From: an uncultured Bacteroidales bacterium
GTDB lineage: Bacteria > Bacteroidota > Bacteroidia > Bacteroidales > Paludibacteraceae
Length of the DNA: 64,000 bases
Direction of reading: 5' to 3'
Assembly: GCA_903830915.1 (NCBI GenBank)
Contig: CAIKVR010000354.1
Span: 27,955-91,954, forward strand
A program made the translations under genes and the position numbers. The first letter of the stretch is position 1. The number at the start of each line of letters is the position of its first letter. The notes under the pieces were generated by a model that made no database searches, was not told the DNA's origin, and saw only the letters and a list, made by a program, of their open reading frames with translations. This document shows positions 8,245 through 17,918 of the stretch, piece after piece.

Positions 8245-9807
8245 ATGAAAAAAATTTTACTCCTTGCAATCATCGCGTTATCAATGAATGTGGTTGCCCA
8301 GAACAAACAATTTACTAACGGTAGATTATTCCCTTTTTCGCATGAAAATCTTCAGTTAAAGAGCACTGAAAGTAAATTTAAAGCCCCTGCCAAAAACACG
8401 GAAGCAAGTTCTAAACAAGCCATCATGCTAAAAGCTCCGGCATTAGCTAAGTACAATCAACTAATAGACAGTGTGTATCGTTTCAATTGGGATACTTTTA
8501 ACGAAAATTGGTCTGCTTGTAGTTCTAAAACAATCAACAACTACGATGCAAAGAATAATTTGACGAGCATAACATATAAATATTGGAATGGGTTTAATTG
8601 GTCAATTTATGACTTACATACTTACACTTATGATGCTAATAACAGAGAAACAAGTGATTTATATCAAAGCAAAAACGATACCATTTTAGAGAATATGTAT
8701 CGTAGTACCACTACTTATGATGGCAATAATAATCAAACAACAGTAAATCAGGATTGGAAAAACGGTGCTTGGGTTAATTCATATAAAGACATTACTTCCA
8801 ATAGCCTTAGTGGAACTAATATGCTGATGGAAATGATAGATCAACAATGGGATAGTACGGCATGGGTAAATTCCTATAAATATGTTTACAATATGGATAT
8901 TAGCGATAAAAATTCGCCAAAATTTATGAGTGCAACATTTCTAGTATGGAATGGAAGTGCATGGGAAAATTACCAACAATACATAAATATAAGTTATCAC
9001 GAAGGTTATCATTCAGTCCAAACAGATTTCTGGACGTTTACAGCACAAAATTGGATAAATGGAGCATGGCTTACTACATGGGATCGCACCTACGATGCCG
9101 TAAAAAAAACAGCTATAGAAACTGAAAAACGAGAAAAAACTTTTGGAGGAAATGATTATATGAATTACCAGAGACAAACTACCACTTATGATGCCAATAT
9201 CAATCCATTAAACAAGATTGTCGAACTATGGGACACTACTGCTTGGGTAAATAATACAAAAGAAATCTATACTATCGATGCGAATAATAATTGCACTGGC
9301 ACTTTAATCCAATATTGGAAAAAGAATTGGGTAGATTCGTGCAAATATACCAATACCTTCGATGCGAATAAAAATATGACAAGTAGTAATTATCAAAACT
9401 GGAACGGTAGCGCTTGGGTTAAATCATCTCAGACTAATTTAAAGTATGATGCCAATAGTTTTATAATCAATCAATCAAGTAAAGACTGGAACCTTGCTGG
9501 CGTAGCAATTACAAGAGGCGACAGCACTTATAATTATTATCGTACCGTGCTTGCCGGAGTAAACAGCCTGAAAATGGCAGATGCAAATGTCGCTGTTTAT
9601 CCCAACCCTACTACTTCCACCATTCAAATTAAAGGAATTGAAGGCAAAGCCAATCTAAATATGTTTGACATTGATGGTAAACTGCTGCTTTCCAAAGCAT
9701 TTACAGAGAACGAAGCTATCTCGGTCAGTACTTTAGCAAAAGGAATTTATATGATAAGGATAAGTACTGCCGAAGGAATAATTGAAAAGAAGTTAGTGAA
9801 AAACTAA
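8245..9807 (+). CDS. T9SS-secreted Trp/Asn-rich beta-repeat protein
   Basis: Signal peptide; repeats TYTYDANN......Q.WNG.AWVN; CTD YPNP...KKLVKN. Confidence 0.85.
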   Translation: MKKILLLAIIALSMNVVAQNKQFTNGRLFPFSHENLQLKSTESKFKAPAKNTEASSKQAIMLKAPALAKYNQLIDSVYRFNWDTFNENWSACSSKTINNYDAKNNLTSITYKYWNGFNWSIYDLHTYTYDANNRETSDLYQSKNDTILENMYRSTTTYDGNNNQTTVNQDWKNGAWVNSYKDITSNSLSGTNMLMEMIDQQWDSTAWVNSYKYVYNMDISDKNSPKFMSATFLVWNGSAWENYQQYINISYHEGYHSVQTDFWTFTAQNWINGAWLTTWDRTYDAVKKTAIETEKREKTFGGNDYMNYQRQTTTYDANINPLNKIVELWDTTAWVNNTKEIYTIDANNNCTGTLIQYWKKNWVDSCKYTNTFDANKNMTSSNYQNWNGSAWVKSSQTNLKYDANSFIINQSSKDWNLAGVAITRGDSTYNYYRTVLAGVNSLKMADANVAVYPNPTTSTIQIKGIEGKANLNMFDIDGKLLLSKAFTENEAISVSTLAKGIYMIRISTAEGIIEKKLVKN

Positions 9808-9840
9808 TGTGTTTGTTTTACAAAATGATGATTGTTTGCC

Positions 9841-9868
9841 GTAGAGACGCGATGCATCGCGTCTCTAC
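9841..9868. repeat. 28-bp perfect GTAG-type palindrome, copy 3 (identical to copy 2); half-site remnant at 9899-9909
   Basis: gtagagacgcgatgcatcgcgtctctac, followed by aacgtctctac matching the right arm of copy 1. Confidence 0.9.
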
Positions 9869-9953
9869 AAAACAAATAAACAAACGCACACAAAATGGAA
9901 CGTCTCTACGGAAAAATAATAAATTACATAAAACAATTAAAAAATTTACAATT

Positions 9954-12900
9954 ATGAAACGAACAATTATGAAACGAACAATTCTATTAATGTCTTGCCT
10001 GTTAATTGTGATGACAGGTGCAATGGCCGGTAATGTTATAGGAGCAATAACCACTAACACTTCGTGGACTTTGGCCAATAGTCCATACATTGTTACCGGA
10101 AATATTACTGTTAATGCTGGCATAACGCTGACCATTGAAAAAGGAGTAGCGGTAAAGTTTAATTCAGGCCTTGGAATTACTGTATTGGGAACTCTAAAAG
10201 CACGCCAAGCTCAGTTTACATCGAACGTTACGCCTTTGGCAAAAGGAGCCTGGGCTCAAATCCAATGTGGCAGTTCGAGTTATCCAGGTACTATTACTTT
10301 AGATACTTGTACTGTAGATTATGGTGGTGCTGCAAATACAGGAAGTATTTACCTGTATCAACAAGGCACAGTTAATTTAAATGGAACGAACATAAATAAC
10401 TCATCTTCGAGTGGACTTTGTCTTTCTTCAGTTAGTGGTGGAGGAACAGTAAATTTGAGAAACACAACCATTTCTACTTCAGATTGGGCAATTTTATATA
10501 ATGGAGGTGGGAATATTAATAATTTAGGCGGAAATAATCTATCTGGAAATAAATATGATGCTGCAAATATAAATTTTCAAAATGTAACATCTAATTTGAA
10601 ACTTTCAACACTTTCAATTCCATATATAGTTTCTCAAAATTTATCAATTAGCCCAACAATAACTATGCAAGTTGATAGTGGAGTTGTACTTAAATTTAAT
10701 ACAGGACTTGGAATTCAGGTTTATGGTACTTTAAAAGCCCGCAAAGCACAATTTACATCCAATGTCACACCATTGGCAAAAGGAGCATGGGCTCAAATCC
10801 AATGTGGCAATTCGAGTTATCCAGGTACTATTACTTTAGATACTTGTAAAATAGAATATGCAGGAGCTTCGAGTTTTGGTTCGGTATATGCAAATGTAGG
10901 TACAATAACCGTGAACAATACTTCTATAACCAACTCTTCGACCGCCGGTTTACAATTAAATACAGGAACAGTCAATTTAAAAAACTCATCTATTACACTT
11001 TGTGATTGGCCTATTGTTTATACCAGCAATGGCCTTTTACACAATAATGGCGGCAATACTTTTACAGGTAATAAGCATGATGCGGCTTATATTAATTTTT
11101 CAAGTTTAGCAGGTGCATGGAATTTGGAATTGTTGTCCATTCCTTATGTGTTTTACACTGATTTTACAATTTATGCTGCAGGTAATATGAGCATTGCCAG
11201 TGGAAACTCGTTGAAATGTCCCGGTTGGATTTATGTTGATGGAATTCTGAATGCAGTGGCAGCTCAAAATGAGAAAATTGTGTTTACTTCTGTAAATAAC
11301 GACAATGTGGGTGGCGATACCAATATTGATGGTGCTGCTACTGTTCCTACGCGAGGTTCGTGGGGTGGCATTTATTTCAGGGATGCGTCTAACGATGCAT
11401 CCTGCGTAATGAGGCGATGCAACATCACTTACGGTGGTGGTGGTTATCGTGGTGGTATTGTAATCGAAAATGCCAGTCCAACAATTGACTCATGCTCGAT
11501 GGCAAATAATTATTATGGCACAGAAATGCGGGGTATAAGCAAGCCAAATTTTATGAACAATATTATGGCTAGTAGTACGGTAGTCCCTATTGCTATGTCA
11601 TTCGATTCGGAACCGGTATTTCTCAATAACTCATTCTCATTCTCTGATAATCAATACGATGCTATTGGTCTATTGGGAGGAACATTGGGGGCAAACTCCC
11701 ATCTGATACAACGAAATGTTACAGGTTTACCCAATGTAACTTACTTAATGTTGGGCGCGCTAACTATTCCACAAAACTATACGTTGACTGTTGACACAGG
11801 TATTGTAATCAAATCGCAGAGTTATGGTATAATTGTACAAGGGGCTTTGATTGCTAATGGCGATGCCGGAAAAAACCAAGTTATCTTTACTTCGGTACAC
11901 GATGATAATGTAGGAAATCCGGGCGATACCAATAAAAATGGCACACAAACCAATCCAGGCAAAACCGATTGGTACGGAATTACTTTTGAAGGTACCAGCG
12001 ATGACACCAAGTGTTTGCTTAACTATTGTCAGGTACGGTATGCTACAGCAAACCAGTATTATTCATCGCAGTATATCAATGGTGCTGTAAACGCAGTTAA
12101 TGCTTCGCCTACTATTAGCAATTGTATCATAAAAGATGTGAATTATGGGTTGGTGGCTTTTCAAGCTTCAAATCCGATAGTTACAAATACTGAATTTATT
12201 AACTCATTGTACACGCCTATTTCGCTATCGGTATCAGCAAATCCTACATTTACGAATCTGAAATTTACTAACAACGCCTGGACAGCGCTGGGTATTATAG
12301 GCGAAACAGTAGGTCTTAACGGTACAATAGCCAAACGAAATGTGGCAGGGTATAATAACATCAGTTATGTATTGTTAGGTGATATGACCATTAATTCAGG
12401 CACAAATGTTACGGTGAGTCCCGGCGTGGTTATCAAAATGCAAAATAATATCTATGTAAATGGTGGTTTCAAAGCAGAAGGGCTTGTAAATGATTCAATT
12501 GCCTTTACTTCTATCAATGACGATAATTTTGGAAATCCTAAAGATACCCGTAGCGATGGTAATGCCACTTTACCAGGCAAAGGTAATTGGGGAACCATTC
12601 AGTTTAAAGCAACCACCGATGATGCTTTCAGTACGTTCAATTATTGTAAATTATTGTATGGTAGTAATATACTTACTTTTACCGATGCTGGAAATACAAT
12701 AAAAAATACAACCATAAGCGATGGTTATGGCAACGGTTTACGGATTGAAGGCACATCGACTCCTAATTGCACCGAAGCAGTGGTGATTAAAAATTGCACA
12801 TCTGACCCAATTTCGATGTCATTAACCTCTAATCCTTTATTCAATATTACGTCTCCCTTGTTTAAATCGTTAGGAAATGGAAGTAATGGAATTAAAATAT

Positions 12901-15740
12901 TAGAAGGTAATTTATCGTCAAATGCCACCCTTACTAAACGCGATGTAGGACAAATTTACAATGTGGCTTATATTATTGAGACCTTAACTGTAATGCCAAA
13001 TACTACTTTGACAATCGGCGAGGGAGTGGTTTTAAAATTCCCTGATCAAGGCTGCTGCAACGCACCTGAGATTAGTATTGTTGTTAATGGAGCTCTTGTT
13101 GCTAAAGGTAGCGCAAAGTCACCAATAGTTTTTACGTCTATAAAGGATGACTCCAAAGGAGGTGACACAAATGGTGATGGGAATGCAACTGTTCCATCGA
13201 AAGGAAATTGGATGAATATCCGGTTTAATAGTTCGAGCTTAGATGGAACAAACGAATTAAGAAACTGCATTATTAACTATGGAGGAAATCCGAAAAATTA
13301 TAATTATATCGGTGTTGTAAGCGTTCATAGTGCTAAGTTAACTATTGATAGTTGTAGAATTGAGCAATCAAGTACGCAGGGAGTAGGAATTTTTGGAAGT
13401 GCAAGTCCAATAATAAAAAATAGTGAGTTTAATAATATCACTAATACGCCAATTATTCTAAGTATGTTTTCTACTCCGACTTTTGCTAACAATAAAGTTT
13501 CAAATATTGGTATCAATGCTATTGGGGTATATCCTGAAACTTATTCGTCGGATGCAACAATCCCAATCCGTGATTTTGCAGGTTATTCAAATATGACTTA
13601 TTACTTGTATAGTACCTGTACAATTAATTCAGGTACGCATATTACAATACCCAAAGGTATTGTATTTAAAAGTAATTCAAATGATTTTTTCAATATTTCA
13701 GGTAGAATAAGCATTGATGGTACTGCTACCGAACCAGTAGTTTTTACAAATATAAGTGATGACAGCAACGGAAATCCATTTGATACCAGAAATGATGGAT
13801 TAACACCATTACCATACAAGGGTGGTGCGGCTTTGACTTTTCAAGATATTAGTAACGATTTAAGTACAATTAAGTTTGCAGTGTTTAACTGTTTTGATAG
13901 AGGAATAAATTTATTACAAGCATCACCATCTATTCAAAATTGCACTTTCAAGAATAGCAACTGGGGTGTAGTATTAAATGGAGTATCATTACCTGCAATA
14001 GATAATAATAACTTTAATAATCTTACTTATACCCCACTTTGTCTATCCTTAGTTTCATATCCTTCTTCTTCGGTTGGAAATACAATTTCGGGTTCTACTT
14101 ACAAAGCAATTGGAGTTTTGTCTGAAGAATTGGTTCAGGACGCTACTTTAGAGAAACGAAACTTCGGAGGAATAAATAATATACCTTATTATTTCTCAGG
14201 GAATTATACGGTAGGTACTAGCGTGACATTGACAGTAAAACCGGGTGTTGTATCAAAGTTTGCAGATCGTCCCGACAATTATGGTGCTCCTTATCAATTA
14301 AATGTAAAACGAGGATTGATGGCACTTGGTGGAGCTACGCCTGACAGTACGATTGTGTTTACTTCCATTTTAGACGATTTCTATGGAGGTGATACCAACT
14401 CAGATAGTACAGCTACAAGTCCAAATTTTAAAAATAAATGGGCTGGAATAAATTTTGAAGATGTTTCGCTTGATAATTTATGTAAATTGGATCATTGTAT
14501 AGTGAAATGTGCCGGATTTGGGTATTGGGGAGATCTTACAGGCTCTGCAATATCTATGACTGCGGCAAGTCCTTCTATCACTAATTGTGAGATTCGGGAA
14601 AATGCAAATGGCATAGTAATCAATGGTTCATCTAACCCAATAATCAATAATTGTGATTTTTGTAAAAACGGTGGCTATGCAATAAATAATGTAAACAAAG
14701 CCTTTGATATAGATGCTAAAAACTGCTGGTGGGGCGATAATAGTGGACCAACTTATACTTTAAATGCCAATGGTATCGGTGGAAAGATTTCTGATAAGGT
14801 TCTTTACTCTCCTTGGAAAACTAACGGTTCAATTAATCCTTTGATGGGCGATGTGAGTTTAAATGGTTCAGTGCAAGCTTACGATGCATCCTTGGTATTG
14901 CAGCATGTAGTGAGTTTAATCACACTTAATACCATGCAAAAAACCGTAGCTGATGTAAGTGGCGATGGTAGTATTACTTCGTACGATGCCTCTTTGATAC
15001 TTCAGAATGTGGCTGGTATAAACAGTACTTTCCCTGCCGAGATGAATAGTCCGGGTGTGAAAAATGAGGTGATTCTTTCGTATGGTAATGTATCTAAAAG
15101 TGCAGATCAAATCTTCAGTATTCCTCTACATATCGAAAATGGAAATCGCAGCATGGCACTTGATATTGCTACTACTTTTGACGGAGCAGTTCTTGAACCT
15201 ATATCGGTAACTTCAGGTAAGGATATTCCAAACAATCTATTTGTTTACAATATAGACAAAACGAACGGAAAAATTCTGATAGGAATTGCAGGAACAGAAA
15301 ATCTAAATAATCAAGCCGAGGTAGCTAACATTAATTTTAGAATTGTATCTAACACTTCGTCTAATACGGTGACAACACTTGGGATTAATCAATTCAAGGC
15401 AAACGAAACCGATTATACACTTTCATCTGTTGCTAAAGTAATTCAAATTAGTGATTTAGCTTCGAGTGTAAATTCAGTTTCAACTGATAACGGAACACTT
15501 AGCGTATATCCAAATCCATTAAAATCTACCTCGAAAGTACATTTCACGGTAAAGAAAAGTGGTACGAATGTAACTATCTCATTGTTTGACATAACCGGAA
15601 AACAAGTTGATATATTGGTAAATGGAATGCAAAGTGCCGGTGCATACGCTATTGATTTGAATAAAATGAACCGAGGTGTTTATCTGTTGAAAATGATTTC
15701 AGGGAATGAAACTCAAATCCAAAAAGTGATTGTTGAGTAA
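9954..15740 (+). CDS. Giant parallel beta-helix repeat protein with dockerin, cohesin-like domain and T9SS CTD
   Basis: Start re-called at MKRTI (9954 or 9969) ahead of the signal peptide. Six FT...DD..G..DT..DG-type modules. Dockerin duplicated motif GDVSLNGSVQAYDASLVLQ/ADVSGDGSITSYDASLILQ at ~14844-15020. CTD YPNP...GVYLLKM...KVIVE. Confidence 0.85.
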   Translation: MKRTIMKRTILLMSCLLIVMTGAMAGNVIGAITTNTSWTLANSPYIVTGNITVNAGITLTIEKGVAVKFNSGLGITVLGTLKARQAQFTSNVTPLAKGAWAQIQCGSSSYPGTITLDTCTVDYGGAANTGSIYLYQQGTVNLNGTNINNSSSSGLCLSSVSGGGTVNLRNTTISTSDWAILYNGGGNINNLGGNNLSGNKYDAANINFQNVTSNLKLSTLSIPYIVSQNLSISPTITMQVDSGVVLKFNTGLGIQVYGTLKARKAQFTSNVTPLAKGAWAQIQCGNSSYPGTITLDTCKIEYAGASSFGSVYANVGTITVNNTSITNSSTAGLQLNTGTVNLKNSSITLCDWPIVYTSNGLLHNNGGNTFTGNKHDAAYINFSSLAGAWNLELLSIPYVFYTDFTIYAAGNMSIASGNSLKCPGWIYVDGILNAVAAQNEKIVFTSVNNDNVGGDTNIDGAATVPTRGSWGGIYFRDASNDASCVMRRCNITYGGGGYRGGIVIENASPTIDSCSMANNYYGTEMRGISKPNFMNNIMASSTVVPIAMSFDSEPVFLNNSFSFSDNQYDAIGLLGGTLGANSHLIQRNVTGLPNVTYLMLGALTIPQNYTLTVDTGIVIKSQSYGIIVQGALIANGDAGKNQVIFTSVHDDNVGNPGDTNKNGTQTNPGKTDWYGITFEGTSDDTKCLLNYCQVRYATANQYYSSQYINGAVNAVNASPTISNCIIKDVNYGLVAFQASNPIVTNTEFINSLYTPISLSVSANPTFTNLKFTNNAWTALGIIGETVGLNGTIAKRNVAGYNNISYVLLGDMTINSGTNVTVSPGVVIKMQNNIYVNGGFKAEGLVNDSIAFTSINDDNFGNPKDTRSDGNATLPGKGNWGTIQFKATTDDAFSTFNYCKLLYGSNILTFTDAGNTIKNTTISDGYGNGLRIEGTSTPNCTEAVVIKNCTSDPISMSLTSNPLFNITSPLFKSLGNGSNGIKILEGNLSSNATLTKRDVGQIYNVAYIIETLTVMPNTTLTIGEGVVLKFPDQGCCNAPEISIVVNGALVAKGSAKSPIVFTSIKDDSKGGDTNGDGNATVPSKGNWMNIRFNSSSLDGTNELRNCIINYGGNPKNYNYIGVVSVHSAKLTIDSCRIEQSSTQGVGIFGSASPIIKNSEFNNITNTPIILSMFSTPTFANNKVSNIGINAIGVYPETYSSDATIPIRDFAGYSNMTYYLYSTCTINSGTHITIPKGIVFKSNSNDFFNISGRISIDGTATEPVVFTNISDDSNGNPFDTRNDGLTPLPYKGGAALTFQDISNDLSTIKFAVFNCFDRGINLLQASPSIQNCTFKNSNWGVVLNGVSLPAIDNNNFNNLTYTPLCLSLVSYPSSSVGNTISGSTYKAIGVLSEELVQDATLEKRNFGGINNIPYYFSGNYTVGTSVTLTVKPGVVSKFADRPDNYGAPYQLNVKRGLMALGGATPDSTIVFTSILDDFYGGDTNSDSTATSPNFKNKWAGINFEDVSLDNLCKLDHCIVKCAGFGYWGDLTGSAISMTAASPSITNCEIRENANGIVINGSSNPIINNCDFCKNGGYAINNVNKAFDIDAKNCWWGDNSGPTYTLNANGIGGKISDKVLYSPWKTNGSINPLMGDVSLNGSVQAYDASLVLQHVVSLITLNTMQKTVADVSGDGSITSYDASLILQNVAGINSTFPAEMNSPGVKNEVILSYGNVSKSADQIFSIPLHIENGNRSMALDIATTFDGAVLEPISVTSGKDIPNNLFVYNIDKTNGKILIGIAGTENLNNQAEVANINFRIVSNTSSNTVTTLGINQFKANETDYTLSSVAKVIQISDLASSVNSVSTDNGTLSVYPNPLKSTSKVHFTVKKSGTNVTISLFDITGKQVDILVNGMQSAGAYAIDLNKMNRGVYLLKMISGNETQIQKVIVE

Positions 15741-15771
15741 TCGTGTGGTTATAAAACTAATAAATAAGATT

Positions 15772-17727
15772 ATGAGACAGAAATCAATAATATTACTGTT
15801 CCTGCTGTTATTAGCAGGGCAGTATTCACAAGCAATTCTGGTCAGGTTTCCCACCCTGACCGGAGTTGTGGGGGATACGCTAACCGTACCTCTGTATGTG
15901 GACGATGACCTTACCGGAAAAGGTGTTATGTCCTTTCAGTTTGATATTGGATATACAAGTACAAATGTCAGATTTTTAGGAGCTAGTACTGTGGGCACTA
16001 TTTCTTCGGGGTTTAATGAATTGACTGTAAAAACGAATGTGGATTACTCCACAATAGTTGGTGCTGGGTCTGCGGCTTTAACAGGTAAAGGGATTTTGCT
16101 GAATATTAAGTTGGTGTTGTTATACTCAGCAACTTCATTGGTGTTTAGGAATACAACCACCAGCAATTATTTCAACGAAGGAAACCCGATAATGACATTT
16201 ACAAACGGGTATATTTCAATTAATGCCAAACCTGTAATTTATGTAAGTCCAGCTACTGCTGTGCTGAATATTGGAGAGTCTCAACAATTTAGCACTTGGG
16301 GTGGAACAACACCTTACACATGGTCGGTGAGTGATAATACGATGGCTACTATAACGACAGGAGGTTTACTTAAAGTGCTGAAAAGCGGTTTAGTAAAAGT
16401 AATTGCCAAAGATGCTAAAGGTTATCAAGGAGAATCGGGAAATATCGATTGTAGAAGTTTTATGGCTACTTTTCGGGATACTTCTTTCTATCAAAACAAT
16501 TATATTGAGATTCCACTTGATTTTAAAAACTTAGATGCAACACCTATGTTAGCGGGCAAGTTTGTTTTTTCGTTCACCGAGAGTGTAATTTCTTTTGATT
16601 CACTGATAATTGCAAACTCAATTCTTGCCGGAAATGCCAGTGTTGAACGGTCTAAACAAGCAGGGAAAGTAACTGTATCATTTGCCGCATCACAAGCAAT
16701 TATAAATTCAGGAACAATTTTCAAACTCCGTTTTAAAATTGCAGATATTGCCGGTGGTGCTTCATCAATAACAATCGATGAAGCAATAATTAACGAAACG
16801 CAGATTCCAAAATGGAGAAATGGTTATTTTACGATTAAAGCTTTGCCGGCAATTTATATGTCACCGGGATCGGCTGAAATGTATTCAGGAGATAAGAAAC
16901 AATTTACAGTTTCAGGTGGTACTGCACCTTATACCTGGGAAGTGGAAAATCCATCTATGGCAACAACCACAAGCAATGGATATCTCACAGCAATTTCTGG
17001 TGGAGTTACCAAACTGTTAGTTAAAGATACTTATGGTTCAAAAACATCATGCCCCATAACTATTTATGATACTTGGGTGAATGTTCGCGATTCGTTAGTA
17101 ATATTGAGTCAGCAATTACTAACTCTGACTTTACCTATCGATTTAGGTATTATTCCTGAGGGAAAAGGAGTATTCTCTTTATCTGGTAAAGCAATGAGTT
17201 CATTTGCGAAGATTGATAGTATAAAGGTTAACGCCATGGGAACCCTTACCGAGAATTGGCAACTGGTTAATAGGTTTAACAAAAACCAATCTACTTTTGC
17301 TTTGTCAGGAGTAAATCCTATTACTTTAGCTGGTAAAATTGCCAATATTGTTTTTTACTTTAATAAAACTCTTGCGGTTGGTGATGCATTTTATGTCGAT
17401 TGTAATGAATTGATGTTGAATGAAGGAAGTCCAAACGTGAAGGTTAAATCAGGGTATATTACCATAAAAAGTATTGTTTCCGAATTGAAAGATGTACAAA
17501 ATGAGAGGATTTCAGTTTTCCCGAACCCTACCATTTCTAACATTCAACTAAAAGGAATTGAAGGTAAAGCTAATCTATCACTATTTGGTATTGACGGTAA
17601 ACTCCTCATTACAAAACAATTTACCGAAAACGAAGCAATATCGGTCAGTTCATTACCAAAAGGAATTTATACATTGAAAATACAAACTGCCACAGGGGTA
17701 GTGGAAAAGAAATTAGTGAAAAACTAA
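15772..17727 (+). CDS. Scaffoldin-like protein: cohesin-Big2-cohesin-Big2-cohesin-T9SS CTD
   Basis: Start re-called at MRQKSIILL (signal peptide). Three ~130-aa cohesin-like units (GDTLTVPLYV...SFQFDIGY...G.L.NIKL; YIEIPLDF...GTIFKLRFKI; LTLPIDL...GKIANIVF). Two SP....G...QF...GGT.PYTW Big_2 units. Confidence 0.7.
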   Translation: MRQKSIILLFLLLLAGQYSQAILVRFPTLTGVVGDTLTVPLYVDDDLTGKGVMSFQFDIGYTSTNVRFLGASTVGTISSGFNELTVKTNVDYSTIVGAGSAALTGKGILLNIKLVLLYSATSLVFRNTTTSNYFNEGNPIMTFTNGYISINAKPVIYVSPATAVLNIGESQQFSTWGGTTPYTWSVSDNTMATITTGGLLKVLKSGLVKVIAKDAKGYQGESGNIDCRSFMATFRDTSFYQNNYIEIPLDFKNLDATPMLAGKFVFSFTESVISFDSLIIANSILAGNASVERSKQAGKVTVSFAASQAIINSGTIFKLRFKIADIAGGASSITIDEAIINETQIPKWRNGYFTIKALPAIYMSPGSAEMYSGDKKQFTVSGGTAPYTWEVENPSMATTTSNGYLTAISGGVTKLLVKDTYGSKTSCPITIYDTWVNVRDSLVILSQQLLTLTLPIDLGIIPEGKGVFSLSGKAMSSFAKIDSIKVNAMGTLTENWQLVNRFNKNQSTFALSGVNPITLAGKIANIVFYFNKTLAVGDAFYVDCNELMLNEGSPNVKVKSGYITIKSIVSELKDVQNERISVFPNPTISNIQLKGIEGKANLSLFGIDGKLLITKQFTENEAISVSSLPKGIYTLKIQTATGVVEKKLVKN

Positions 17728-17792
17728 TGTGTTTGTTTACTTGTGGATTCAATACACAATACTCCTGCCTTTTATTGTGTGTTGATAATGCT

Positions 17793-17820
17793 GTAGAGAT
17801 GCGATAATTCGCATCTCTAC
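17793..17820. repeat. GTAG-type palindrome, copy 4 (variant with compensatory changes)
   Basis: gtagagatgcga-taat-tcgcatctctac. Confidence 0.85.
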
Positions 17821-17850
17821 ATAACAAACAAAAATGGAAAAACCTGAAAA

Positions 17851-17897
17851 TCCGAAAAAAGAGTAGGGAGCGGAAGCCGAAAAGCTTGAGAGTAGGC
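17851..17897 (+). promoter_or_regulatory. Candidate structured 5'-leader RNA, copy 2
   Basis: tccgaaaaaagagtagggagcggaagccgaaaagcttgagagtaggc, ending 21 nt before the ATG. Confidence 0.5.
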
Positions 17898-17918
17898 AAA
17901 AATTAAATAAATTTTTAT

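Noticed and set aside
8040-8306. Small ORFs 8040-8306, 5795-6055 and 17645-17899 sharing an 'RD....VST' peptide
   Set aside because: The similarity comes from translating the DNA palindrome, and the ORFs overlap real genes.
9807-9953. N-terminal extension of the 1977-aa ORF
   Set aside because: It translates the spacer palindrome (CRRDAMHRVST); the signal peptide begins at MKRTI.
5997-17820. Classical integron attC sites
   Set aside because: The palindromes are short and perfect, with no RYYYAAC/GTTRRRY boxes or extrahelical bases, and no integrase is present. REP-like is the better description.
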